Virus record (IMG/VR): IMGVR_UViG_3300020159_001521 | Span: 49,681 to 113,680 of that record | Source: a virus | Reading direction: 5' to 3' (one strand) | Length of the DNA stretch: 64,000 nucleotides | In this document: in pieces, positions 55,601 through 64,000 of the stretch | Layout: each line of letters begins with the position of its first letter | How positions within the stretch are numbered: position 1 is the first letter of the stretch | Program-made: the position numbers and the translations under genes | Notes under the pieces: generated by a model | Told to the model about the DNA's origin: nothing | Databases searched by the model: none | The model's input: the letters and a program-made list of their open reading frames with translations, nothing else

Positions 55601-55983
55601 ACATTGCCACCTTCTGTACTTAAATTAATCTCAACAGCAAAGCTATAGTCAGCTAACATATTGGTAATCAACTGTTCTCTGTCTGTAGTGTTGTATTGCT
55701 TGAGAAGCTCTACTTGTTCTTTAGGAATACCAAGATCAGCCTGCATCTTCTTCCAGAAGAAATCACCAGATATTTTATTCTTAATTACGCTGTTAAAGAA
55801 TTGATCTGCTTTAGGAGATTGCAAGATGCTTGTAGCTTTTAATCCAGATTTTACAATGGATTCCCTACTTTCACTCTCAGGAACATTACCATCATACTTA
55901 TCCCACAAGGCGTATGCCACATCTTCACCTCTAGCAGTTACAAGATTTTTCCAAGAATCAAGATTTATGTTAGGACATGCCAT
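49627..55983 (-). CDS. giant virion cargo/ejection protein (2118 aa) with a PD-(D/E)xK nuclease-like domain
   Basis: Adjacent to the virion RNAP; AGTIDFL......HILDWK motif, degenerate zincin-like EELVH, EVQSD-containing N-terminal domain. Confidence 0.75.
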   Translation of the reverse strand: MACPNINLDSWKNLVTARGEDVAYALWDKYDGNVPESESRESIVKSGLKATSILQSPKADQFFNSVIKNKISGDFFWKKMQADLGIPKEQVELLKQYNTTDREQLITNMLADYSFAVEINLSTEGGNVGKNQGKAIGEARAAGLKYGTKEFEDFVKNYLESKGEVYVEKPSQYYANLTVPGGTNYTENEIATPAITPSIKGHAQFATDKGIGWFRSDDKAPIVEGFAENKEAPSEWGIEDAVLKEEPKTRRILEVQSDLFQKGRDRKDLISKKPDNSTDKIEKQSDGTWAVVNTQVGIIESGFKTQEEADVWLNPTSKENQFLQLLNQGSNWVTFFVKSIIQDSAKKGYEKVLFPSGNTASKIEGHSTLEEFKKQKEARLKQINEQLTKGEVKENFKIEQRELYDIRDLRYTVRIENTKTGTYISTEFKTKEEAQKWIDDKGNPTYEIKINLTEDELNIYQNNLIEKKALEQELERVETEGFGALKPIYNFYETTVANVLKKQGYAPKQVTDEYGNTWNEVEIVSEREQQSVLLQKEEMPMSKASTETLNKVKEAARKMGVDIQELADYAKGNPDMDTKGVNGLADLTRGVIALAEGKEGVALTEELVHIARSILQQTNPKLVTEMISKIDRFKIYKETLDKYKNNKNYQLPNGKPDIRKIKMEAVDKLIAEVIINDNENIEQYPELREEINQSLIRSWWNTILDWIRGIYRKSNISLFEEAAAQIVAGEIGTVADITEGGLMFQLSDNQKTIQEKIFATQDEIEKVVEDETKVEPVLLDSEEARNYYRRKKPDGTFETIEKRVTDRVKAWYKRKFGDKQFTPEEKKFNELKRDLGIQGHKDLENIHARYFHKDGTRRTSPEPRPTKFSNLSEEMYDKLEKYFTDLLDTLDPKTIVLSEVIVYDKKNKEAGTIDFLAIEPSGKAHILDWKFMHIKGDDVAWFKQGAFNIQLGTYKKMLRENYGIKEFGMTRAIPIAMEFKLKNPRDPKSGSYLGGIAIGSVDVSKIEDLRLVPISEETESTGFEALDEILRKMNGLLAQIGKEEVGDEEEREFKIERLNTLRKAIRLAQTTMNIAPLIDVIEVMRKEGDRILEDYNTIYKNRSARSSDSKNDELSDFADDMNNYIKLSDIFVNIGRKIGTLVYTPQMEAEATTEEEKANVAQRKEVLRKLREESDAIYDSREAINKASMAFADKHIGERNLTFGLLKPEKVLKGLASMFRGAADISLRSVEILTKLVNNAQSLAAKNALSEVGQLMSIREKLAKRGGDLRKLVQQVYQKDDKGKIVNKLIYKYKREFFSEVDEKAEDGGDKNWILQNIDVEAYKKEAEEKLKDQIKKIQGNRYAGTPEEEKATRERLIEEAKRKWDIDRIDFDGWKNHIIKRHPLAKWYSEEYKNLQKDPELMELYNFIVKFNNKAEDTGYISNQMSKIFLPFVRKSMAEELVWDNRLSVMDNFYKSIQLNPDDTGYGEFNEVTGALENSIPKYYTKDFTFKDGVNDYSDVSEDLFKNLILYIQQVNKYKYLTDVEGQLKLVKTIEEFKSHLNTDRIGNVVYENGKPKEIEGNERNTKIYDDFLRVMLYDQKYVIDDSDLPFNIGKVLNFVKDGVNKVAGKEIWKKDEDPKPSSLIKTIDAANRAFQLKTLGFEFISGAVNMFGGNIQLSTQAGNYFKAREFAKNEAKLTFQRFDNNEDKEMFVQLINTFMPLKDDPSYEMYKQAGMSKLTQGNLSDTLMFFMRQPEILIEKSVFLTLLQNSMVVNGQIVNIREYVRNKYKSRYDSAASYNAVKDDIENEIEELKKTKSIDKTKKLVDGKLEIPGLDLNNIEELQRLTNLSRRMAANATGSMTKENINRMSMSVWTKSMMVFKNWIPKLIDTRFGEFRKVVDDFSVRVTDDGSIEGQKYDIGRIRLLTHVLGDGIITGAANLKNILYLNDAGLERLDQMFEEFREKYELETGEKLNMSREDFIDLIRTNLRNQVKELAILVSLMGVLLSLGFVAPDDDEDKATKNFHRYSQKVFGKFADELLFFYTPSGISGTLSGGIFPALGLTEDIGRFTKHFAMETTGMDLDPQTSIEDVRKKAQPIKNLMKVAPVTKSLVTYLAIFNEDFAREFDVTIQKESGR

Positions 55984-55986
55984 GTT

Positions 55987-58900
55987 TTAACATTTGTATT
56001 TTTTAATTAGTATACCAGCTTCAGCTAAAGAGTAACCCATTTTCTGTAACATAGCTGTATTTATAGAAGAACCATCATATGCCTTACCATCTTTTAATAT
56101 TACTTTTTCACCACTTACACCTTTAGAAGTTTCTTCCTTACCTGTACTAAATGGTCCAGCTGTTCCTTCAAAGAATGCCACCACTGTTGTATCATCCACC
56201 TCATTTTCTACAGGGATGAATCCGTTGTTTATCTTGCTTTTTTTTGCATGATCATAGAACTCATTAGCACTGAAGTATCTACCCTCTTCCTGATGACTGT
56301 CTCCCCAGGCATTTATCATCTTGTATACAAACTGAGGATTACCAAAGAAGTCTTCAATCATATAAGGTTGACCTCCATTGTAAACCTTCTTGAATAGTCC
56401 TTTTTGAATGTAAGACAAATCACCTCTAGCCCTAGCTTCTTGCTTATCTTTCTTTGTACCTACCTCCCAAGAGAATACAATTACATCATCTCCTGCTTGT
56501 TTAGAACGACTGTCAAGTCTGATGAGCTGTGGGATTTTACCATCTGTCATTGCTTTTTTGACATCACCAAATCCTCTACCCCACTTAAGTTCACTGTAAT
56601 AAGGAGGTCCAGTGTATATAGTTTTTCCCTCTGGTGTAATTTCTTTAGGAAACTTCATCTTACCTTTTCTATATGGTACTATATCATCATCGTTCCAGTT
56701 GTTTCTTTGGAAAACATCCAGGTCTGCAAAGTCCTCTAAGTTAGTAATTTTTTCTAATTTAGATAGAACTTCGTTGTATTCTTCTTTAAAATCCTGATAA
56801 GGAAGAAGAGATGTGAATGATATAGGAGAGTTTGACAAACCACTCTGAAGAACAGCCAGTTTTACAATCTTCTTATAGAGAGGACTATTAATACCATTTA
56901 GGTATTTTCTGAGCTCCTCAAAAGAATAGATTACCTGGTTCTGATCATAAACTTTGTTTGTCTTATTATTCAGTTTCAGATTCTGTACACTATTATCCCT
57001 ACTAGAGAAGTGAGGAGTGAACATGTTTATCACTTGATTGTTGTACAGAGGATGTTTGCTGTTAGCTTTCACCTCTTTAACAAACTTATCCACTTCTTTA
57101 GCAGCATTATTATCAGACAGCAATATTGACTCAATCTGAGCATTTGATCCTCCTTTTACCTGCACAGCCCAATCAAATAGGTCGTTTACAATCTTTTGTG
57201 CTATCTTAACAAACTCTCTATCTGGCATATCCACATATGGATCAAGCACCTTCTGAACTACATTTCTAACAGTTGGATGATCAGACTTAAGAATTTCTGC
57301 AAAAGCACCTCTTATATTGTCTAGCTTCTCACGAAGATCACCTATGAAAGAATTGTCCAATATTTTATCTACAGAAGAAATTATTGTGTTCTGAGCTTTT
57401 TCGTATTGTCTTAACTTCTTGAAGATCAGGTATGGGTCATTGAATGTTGAGGTGTCAAAGTTTGATCCTTGTGTCACCTGGAACATTTGATTAGCCATCG
57501 TGGCATATTTCAAGAACTCATTCAGTACAAAGTGCTGGTTGATTCTTTCATCTTGGTCAAGCTTTTCCTTACCTATGGTTTCGTACATCTTTGTTGCTGA
57601 CGGTAAGGTTCTAACATCATTGATAGACCTAGATGTTCTATATTTATCAGACTCTTTGATGTTCTTTACAAATTCATCAATAAACAACCATGAATATCCC
57701 TCATTCTCAATCATGCGCAGATAATCACGAATAATGGGTTGGTTCATGAAATAAGCCACAGTTTTGATAGGAACACCAGCCTTAACCAAGAACAACCATG
57801 TAGAAGCTACATTTGGTGTAGCACCAAGTTCCATGATCCATGGACCTTTGGATATATCCACATATCCATCGATGAACATACCAATGATATCAGAGATGTT
57901 CTCATTAGCTTTGTTCTTAATCATAGACAAAGTGGTAACTGATTTACCATCTACATCAATCTGATTAAATTCATTGTCCTTAAATTTAAGAATAGCATCT
58001 CTTCTATCTTTAGTTCCTCCAGTTATCCAGAACTTATCTGTCTCACTGAGGTTGTCAAATCTGTCAAGATCAATATAAATAGGCACTCTCTGGTTCAAAG
58101 AATGGTTTGTTTGGTTCACAGCAGCAATACCAATTGCATACTTACCTGTAACAAATGCATGTCTCAACCTTGTCATATAATCCCTACTAATCAAACTACT
58201 AGTGGAGGAAGAATCAAGTTTTTGCAAACCAAGCTTTTTGGTAATATCACCAGCAAGGTCCTTCAGAGGATCTGCTGAGTTTGGTTTGATGAGGTTGTCA
58301 AAGTTGAGAGGATGAGAAATAAGATTCTGCATAGATTGGATGTACTCATTCTCAAGAGATTTCTTGTACATTCTGTCCATAAATTCATCAAGAAGCATTT
58401 CCTGAACATCATAATCAGTGAGCTTGTCTAGTTTCTTTCCAAGCTTCTGAAGCCTCATCATGAATATGTCCTCAACGTTCCTAACATTCAATTTACCATC
58501 TATCACTTCTTCAGAGAAGAACTGTTTGAATAAAGGAACCCACTTAGCTGTGGTTTTTTCTTTTGCTTGTCCTAAGGCAATGTCTCCAAACATTGCTTGA
58601 AGGTTTGTTTGAGAAAGTTTCTTAGCTTCAGCTCTGTCAATTTTGCTTTGAAGAATATCATAGAATATGGGTTCATATTTACTTCTTGCATCATCCCCAA
58701 TTCCAAAATAAGGAATCAATTTGAGCTGACCCTTTGCATCTATATATGTATTCTTCAGATAGATGAAGAGTTTATCTATATCAAAGTCAGATCCTACCTT
58801 TTTAACAAGCTCTGAAGGAATCACAACAGAGTCACCAAATTCTTTAGGAAGGAACTTTTTGATTACAAAGCTATCGATAGAGTTTTGCTTTTGTGTAGGA

Positions 58901-61900
58901 ATACGAAAAGCCACACCAGATAGTATTTTCTTTCCTTCTTCTGTTAGTTTTGTACTTCTTGTGCCATCCTCATTTTTTTCATACCACATATCAAGAAGCT
59001 CTTCATCAGACAAAGGACTACTAAACCATCTACCAATCATTATTTCACATACACGCTCACCGTCTTTCTCATAAAACTTAAGACCGTTCTCTGTAGAGAA
59101 AACCTTACCGTCTTTACCTTCAGCCTTCAAGCGATTGGATTCCATGAATGTAGAAGGAATCTGTACCTTCTGACCACCACTGATTTTAGGACTAATTACA
59201 TTTTTATCAGCAATAGAATAAAGAATATTTCTTATCTGCTGATATGCAGGGGTAGCTTCAAGAACAGCATCGCCTGCTAAGAATCCAGCCAGAGAATCAG
59301 AAACATTATCGTTCACTTCTCTTTTAAGAATCTCATCACGTAGGGTTTCAGCAACTTTTGAGAAATCTTTAATTTCAAATCTACGTTGACCATCTACAAT
59401 AGTTTCCTCAATACCCATCTTCTTCAGGAGGGTTTTGTATCCAAAATCTGTAAGGGCTTTAAGTAGTTTTTCGTTAGTTTTTATTTCATTATAAAGATTG
59501 TCACCACCATTATAAGAAGTTTTATCAGCAAGAGCATTCCAAGCTATATACCTCTTTGTAAAGTCTTTCTCTTCAGACATAAAGTCAACAGGCACACCTG
59601 CTTGCATGAAGTCCATAGTAACAAGTTTGGTCACCTGAGAACCTCTTGTTACAACAGCTTCTTCTTTAGAAGGAACCTCTGATTGTACAGATATGATGTT
59701 GAACGGAACATTTACAATTCCTTCAAACTCAGACTCATTGAATGATCCATCTTCATTATATACATCGTTAGTTCCCTCAGCTCCCACCTTTCTACCACTC
59801 TGGAACACACTATAGTCAATCTTTTCATTCTGCATTTTCTCATAGAGCTTAACACCATTTGAAGAGTTGTTAATCTCTTTCATGATTCTATAAGACAGAG
59901 GATAAAGAGCAAACTTGTCAAGCACCACATCATTAAAACTTTGACCATTAGCTTTATCACCAGCCACAATAGGCTTATATGGAGTGTATGCACTCATCAC
60001 TTCTGGATTACCAGCATTTAGAAGCTTTTGCTCTTCAGGAGAAACAGATAAGCCTTTATCTCTTTTCATCCAAGCTATATCATATCTATATTGCTTTTCC
60101 TCATTATCATTCCAGTCAGCAGCCCTAATTCTGAGAACACGGTATGCCTTATCTTTTATAATACCACTACCGTCTGTCTCATCATAGATTCCATAATCCT
60201 TCAGAGCACTTGTTGCTTTTACATCGGTAAGGGTGGTTGTGCGGAAGAACTCCTGAGTCATGTCTGTATATCCAACATCATCCTTTTCATATCCCTTGTT
60301 CCAAATCCTATCGAATACCTTGTTCATTTCTTCTGAACTATGAACAATAGCTTGGCGTGGTGAAAGAAAACTCTTGATACGTTTGAGCTCATCTGAATAT
60401 TGATATGGATCAGAATACAGAAGTTTATGCAATTCAATATTATTGATCACATAGTTGATTGTCAGTGAGTTAAGTTGTCTATTCAACGCTTCATCTGAAA
60501 CATTGTCAGTTTCCTGAAAACCAATATTTTCTACAGAATATCCTTCAGGAGATACACTAATAATATTATAGTCTGTGAGAGTCTTTTTCAAATTTGCGGA
60601 CTCAGTCTTAATAAACTGTTGTACAGCAGCATTTATCTTTTTCTCAAAAGAATTATAAACCTCTAATGCGGACCTCTTATCCTTCAATATATCTTTGTGC
60701 AGGGAAGGATCGTATGCATCAAGAATAGGTTTAAGGAACCTCAAGTCTTTATTGTTCCTATCTTTTGCCACCCTTCTATCAGATCTAGAGAGTTCCAACT
60801 CAGATATGAAATAACCTTTGAATATGTTATTAAGTGTATTGTATCCAGTGGTCAACAGTTCATCTGGGTTAATATGATTACCCATAAATGTCATGTGCTG
60901 AATAGAAGCATCTCCAGGTACAAGGTTGTAATAGTATCCTTTTAGATTCAGATTAATCTCTTGTATAAGACGTTCTCTGAAATTCAACTTAGAAGACTCT
61001 TTCTTTTTACCATTGCTACGATTGATGGTACCATCAGCATAACCAGGCTTCATAATATTCTCTGTCTTACCCTTACGTTCTCCAGATTTATAGTTGAAAA
61101 TCTTAGAAAGGATTACAGATGTTGGAACTTGATTTCCTTCAGCATCTGTATATGACTTAGAAAATGCATCAGTGACTAGGTATTCATATGGGGTACCAAT
61201 TAGATCATCGAGACTTTCCACCTTGGATAAATAGTCAAACAGATCGGAGGATGGGTTAGTTCCTATGAAGGTTTGTGTGCGCTCACCCTTAACATTAAAG
61301 AATGTGCTATCAAACTCAGGATTATCAATCGTGGCTTTAATTGTAGCAAGAGACATAAGCCTACCATCAATCTTCAGCACCTTACCACCCATTGTAACAA
61401 TCATGTCAGTCTTCTCAATACTTCTCTTGATACCTTTTACAGCATCTTTGAATGTATCTTGTACATTTCCAGGGAGCTTAGCTATATCTTCTGCTTTAAA
61501 TTCAATGCCTAAAGTTTTGAGAAAAGCCACCATCTTATCAATTTCTGTAAGGGCTCCCTCTGGTTTGAATTCACCAAACTTAGCAACACCAGCAGGATTA
61601 CCTATATATGCTTTTCTATCCTGAGAGTATACAAAGTATGGATTCTTTCTTTTTACAAGATCAATGAGTTCATTAACATATCCACTCTTCACTTGTCTGG
61701 CTGCTGTAGCAAGATTGGAATCACCCACCTCAACAGCCCCATCTTCAAATATAAATACGTTCTTTACATCTGGATTATATTTCTTGAATGTTCTCCAGAA
61801 GGAAGCCAAGAGTTGACCATCATGCACCTCTGTGATACCATCAAGACTATCTGTGTTTGCAGAATAATCCACCTTTGTCAAACGCCTATACAGTGTACGA

Positions 61901-64000
61901 TAGTTCGGATCATTTTCAGCCATCTCACGAAGCCTTTCTAACATTTCATCAGGGGTGCGAGATGTATGAACATTATTCATGACAGATATAAATGCCTGAC
62001 TTGCAGGAACCAACTTATATCCATTTATAGAAGAATAAACAGGTTTGTTATCAGAACCCATCACTGGAAGTGTAGAGAACAAAAGTTTAATAGCAGAATT
62101 AGCCTTTTTGAAAGTGTCAATCTTTCTAGCATCTACATAATCGCTCTCTTTCACCTTATCCTCATCCTTGAATTGTAATTCATCATTCTCATCAAACTCA
62201 ACGGAATATACCTTAAGGTATTCCTGATGTTTGTCTACAAGGTCTTTCCAATTCTTAGTTACATCTTTCCATAGCTGTACCGATCTATTAATCTGTTCGT
62301 TAGCAGCAGCTTCAGTGATCTTCTTAAGCTCTAAGTTTTTCGTTGCTTCTTTCCTACCCTTCAATACAGTTTTTTGGATGGCTGGCAGAAGTCTATTGTA
62401 CAACTCAGTTTTACTCATTGTTGGAATATTGAACAAACTTTCATTATCTTCAATGATTCCCCTGAGAGTCTGATAGGTCATTTCCTGCATAATATCATGC
62501 ACAGTATCTGCTGGCATTTTTACACGAAGTTCACTGTCTGCTGTAATATATGCTTCTTCAATATCAATAAATCCTTGTTTAGCAAAAGCTAAAGCTCCTG
62601 CTTCTGGAACATATTGCTTATAATATCCTGTGCCTATTTTTTCAAATAGGTTTGCAGTGTTAACCTGTGCTTTGTTTCCAGTAAAGAAGGTTTTGATAAA
62701 GTTTACAAGATCTGCAAATAGTCTGAGGATGAAAGGTTTACCTTCTGTGGGTTTAGCAGGAATTTTCTTATACAATACATAGTCCCTGAATTCCTCAGCT
62801 AGTTGTTCTTTTATTTGCTCATTTGTAGCTTCTGAAAACTTAACCTTTTGTCCTGTTGGTCTGTCTACAAACTCACCTTTTCTCTCTCTGAATTCTTTCA
62901 GAATTGCTTCTTTCTCAGCAGGATCAGCAAACAATTTCCATACACCTTCGAACACCTCATGATAGATTGTTCCCACCTCAGCATTCTCATATACATAGAT
63001 GGCACCATTCTTTAACATACCCCAGGCTTGCAAACCATTTGCACCCTTGAGAATATTCTTCACTCTATAGACAGGAATATTAGGAAAGTTTGCCTTGAGC
63101 CAAGCTTCGATTTTTTTCCAATCTTCTCTTTCAAATTCATTAGCTTGTTCTTCAATAATCTTACGCAACACAACATCATCGTCTGTCTCATCCATTTGTT
63201 GTTGCATAAGTGCTTCTTCCTCAGCAGTCACAGTAATGGTTGCTGGAAGTCTTTCTTCTTTCGCAGGAGCTTCTTCTTCCACCACTAATTCCTCTTCTTC
63301 TGGAACTTGCATTGCTTCCTCTTCTACAACTAATGTTGTTTCTTCTTCTTCCTCTGCTGGAACAAAAAGTTCTTCTTCACCTTCTGTCTCCTTAATTTTT
63401 GTAGCAATATATTGTTTAACAGCGTTTCTGATAGCTTCTTTTGCTTCATCCAGGGTTTTACCACTGTCTGTAAGTTCTTTCAAAACAGTTTCCAAATCTC
63501 CACCTTGGAGTATACCCAAAGCTTTAGGATTCTTTAAAGCTGCTCTTGTAGCTACAAACTTAATCTTTTTTCCTTTTGGAGAAGTGTATGTGTTTATAGT
63601 TTTACCATCTAGATCAACAGTTCCTTTAGGAGCTTCTTGAGCTGCTGGTTTAGGTGTAGCAGCAACTCTTGACCTGTTTAGTAAATCATCTACTGCTTTT
63701 ACTAATGCAGGATTACCTTTTTGATAAAGTTCAGAAAGTTCTTTAGCGTTTTTAAGATTATTACTTTTAAGCAGGTCGTAATAATCGTCCATCACTTTTC
63801 TTTCTTCAGGGGACAATTCTTTAATACGTGCTACATTCTTATGAATAACATCTAACTCTTTCTGTATTCCTCCTTCTAAAGCAGCTAGTTTAAATACTTT
63901 ATTTTCAAAATCAGCTCTATCAAATGTTTCTGTGAACTTCTCGCCATCAGGATAAGTTACTTGAGCTTCTACTGCATTAGCTGTAGCACTCAACACCTTA
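55987..64000 (-). CDS. crAss-like virion RNA polymerase (>2669 aa; true start probably outside the window)
   Basis: Catalytic GSDFDIDK (DFDID at 58774-58788), RIPTQ, ETDG, K.AIGIAA, VDISK motifs typical of phi14:2 gp66-like RNAPs; upstream zincin-like HEVFE. Confidence 0.9.
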   Translation of the reverse strand, partial: KVLSATANAVEAQVTYPDGEKFTETFDRADFENKVFKLAALEGGIQKELDVIHKNVARIKELSPEERKVMDDYYDLLKSNNLKNAKELSELYQKGNPALVKAVDDLLNRSRVAATPKPAAQEAPKGTVDLDGKTINTYTSPKGKKIKFVATRAALKNPKALGILQGGDLETVLKELTDSGKTLDEAKEAIRNAVKQYIATKIKETEGEEELFVPAEEEEETTLVVEEEAMQVPEEEELVVEEEAPAKEERLPATITVTAEEEALMQQQMDETDDDVVLRKIIEEQANEFEREDWKKIEAWLKANFPNIPVYRVKNILKGANGLQAWGMLKNGAIYVYENAEVGTIYHEVFEGVWKLFADPAEKEAILKEFRERKGEFVDRPTGQKVKFSEATNEQIKEQLAEEFRDYVLYKKIPAKPTEGKPFILRLFADLVNFIKTFFTGNKAQVNTANLFEKIGTGYYKQYVPEAGALAFAKQGFIDIEEAYITADSELRVKMPADTVHDIMQEMTYQTLRGIIEDNESLFNIPTMSKTELYNRLLPAIQKTVLKGRKEATKNLELKKITEAAANEQINRSVQLWKDVTKNWKDLVDKHQEYLKVYSVEFDENDELQFKDEDKVKESDYVDARKIDTFKKANSAIKLLFSTLPVMGSDNKPVYSSINGYKLVPASQAFISVMNNVHTSRTPDEMLERLREMAENDPNYRTLYRRLTKVDYSANTDSLDGITEVHDGQLLASFWRTFKKYNPDVKNVFIFEDGAVEVGDSNLATAARQVKSGYVNELIDLVKRKNPYFVYSQDRKAYIGNPAGVAKFGEFKPEGALTEIDKMVAFLKTLGIEFKAEDIAKLPGNVQDTFKDAVKGIKRSIEKTDMIVTMGGKVLKIDGRLMSLATIKATIDNPEFDSTFFNVKGERTQTFIGTNPSSDLFDYLSKVESLDDLIGTPYEYLVTDAFSKSYTDAEGNQVPTSVILSKIFNYKSGERKGKTENIMKPGYADGTINRSNGKKKESSKLNFRERLIQEINLNLKGYYYNLVPGDASIQHMTFMGNHINPDELLTTGYNTLNNIFKGYFISELELSRSDRRVAKDRNNKDLRFLKPILDAYDPSLHKDILKDKRSALEVYNSFEKKINAAVQQFIKTESANLKKTLTDYNIISVSPEGYSVENIGFQETDNVSDEALNRQLNSLTINYVINNIELHKLLYSDPYQYSDELKRIKSFLSPRQAIVHSSEEMNKVFDRIWNKGYEKDDVGYTDMTQEFFRTTTLTDVKATSALKDYGIYDETDGSGIIKDKAYRVLRIRAADWNDNEEKQYRYDIAWMKRDKGLSVSPEEQKLLNAGNPEVMSAYTPYKPIVAGDKANGQSFNDVVLDKFALYPLSYRIMKEINNSSNGVKLYEKMQNEKIDYSVFQSGRKVGAEGTNDVYNEDGSFNESEFEGIVNVPFNIISVQSEVPSKEEAVVTRGSQVTKLVTMDFMQAGVPVDFMSEEKDFTKRYIAWNALADKTSYNGGDNLYNEIKTNEKLLKALTDFGYKTLLKKMGIEETIVDGQRRFEIKDFSKVAETLRDEILKREVNDNVSDSLAGFLAGDAVLEATPAYQQIRNILYSIADKNVISPKISGGQKVQIPSTFMESNRLKAEGKDGKVFSTENGLKFYEKDGERVCEIMIGRWFSSPLSDEELLDMWYEKNEDGTRSTKLTEEGKKILSGVAFRIPTQKQNSIDSFVIKKFLPKEFGDSVVIPSELVKKVGSDFDIDKLFIYLKNTYIDAKGQLKLIPYFGIGDDARSKYEPIFYDILQSKIDRAEAKKLSQTNLQAMFGDIALGQAKEKTTAKWVPLFKQFFSEEVIDGKLNVRNVEDIFMMRLQKLGKKLDKLTDYDVQEMLLDEFMDRMYKKSLENEYIQSMQNLISHPLNFDNLIKPNSADPLKDLAGDITKKLGLQKLDSSSTSSLISRDYMTRLRHAFVTGKYAIGIAAVNQTNHSLNQRVPIYIDLDRFDNLSETDKFWITGGTKDRRDAILKFKDNEFNQIDVDGKSVTTLSMIKNKANENISDIIGMFIDGYVDISKGPWIMELGATPNVASTWLFLVKAGVPIKTVAYFMNQPIIRDYLRMIENEGYSWLFIDEFVKNIKESDKYRTSRSINDVRTLPSATKMYETIGKEKLDQDERINQHFVLNEFLKYATMANQMFQVTQGSNFDTSTFNDPYLIFKKLRQYEKAQNTIISSVDKILDNSFIGDLREKLDNIRGAFAEILKSDHPTVRNVVQKVLDPYVDMPDREFVKIAQKIVNDLFDWAVQVKGGSNAQIESILLSDNNAAKEVDKFVKEVKANSKHPLYNNQVINMFTPHFSSRDNSVQNLKLNNKTNKVYDQNQVIYSFEELRKYLNGINSPLYKKIVKLAVLQSGLSNSPISFTSLLPYQDFKEEYNEVLSKLEKITNLEDFADLDVFQRNNWNDDDIVPYRKGKMKFPKEITPEGKTIYTGPPYYSELKWGRGFGDVKKAMTDGKIPQLIRLDSRSKQAGDDVIVFSWEVGTKKDKQEARARGDLSYIQKGLFKKVYNGGQPYMIEDFFGNPQFVYKMINAWGDSHQEEGRYFSANEFYDHAKKSKINNGFIPVENEVDDTTVVAFFEGTAGPFSTGKEETSKGVSGEKVILKDGKAYDGSSINTAMLQKMGYSLAEAGILIKKYKC

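Noticed and set aside
44423-63640. Numerous 60-180 aa ORFs antisense to or nested in the giant genes
   Set aside because: Shadow ORFs arising from the codon bias of the real minus-strand genes; no motifs or independent signals.
1-64000. Stop-codon reassignment (TAG or TGA), known in some crAss-like phages
   Set aside because: Genes up to 8 kb are intact in the standard code, and both TAG and TGA terminate genes at sensible boundaries.

Overview
A 64-kb, AT-rich segment of a crAss-like (Crassvirales-type) phage genome, probably infecting an environmental Bacteroidota host. It is read with the standard genetic code and has two convergent arms. The rightward arm (1-27351) carries replication and nucleotide-metabolism genes: LAGLIDADG endonuclease, family B DNA polymerase, DnaB-like helicase, SF2 helicase, AAA ATPase, primase-like protein, UDG, rIIA/rIIB, HNH and PD-(D/E)xK nucleases, class II RNR, RecA, dUTPase, PhoH and thermonuclease. 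It ends in a glycosyltransferase-methyltransferase-glycosyltransferase trio. The leftward arm (64000-27379) carries a giant virion RNA polymerase (DFDID motif), a second giant cargo protein, several fibre/spike proteins, a lysis cassette, a further glycosyltransferase, a ferritin-like protein and a cluster of tiny lysine-rich proteins. A bidirectional terminator separates the arms, and Bacteroidota TAnnTTTG promoter elements recur in the intergenic gaps. No capsid, portal, terminase, tRNA or CRISPR array was recognised. The two strongest candidates for novel biology are inferences from motifs and gene context. (1) A putative phage protein O-glycosylation system: a GT95/GT96-like transferase flanked on both sides by small genes encoding poly-Thr tails. 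One of these shares a fibre-protein N-terminal motif; the other would be exposed by an S74 self-cleaving chaperone. The GT/methyltransferase trio could extend the glycan. (2) A PAS-sensor/coiled-coil/2-TM protein at the end of the lysis cassette. All family assignments are by motif recognition, not database search.
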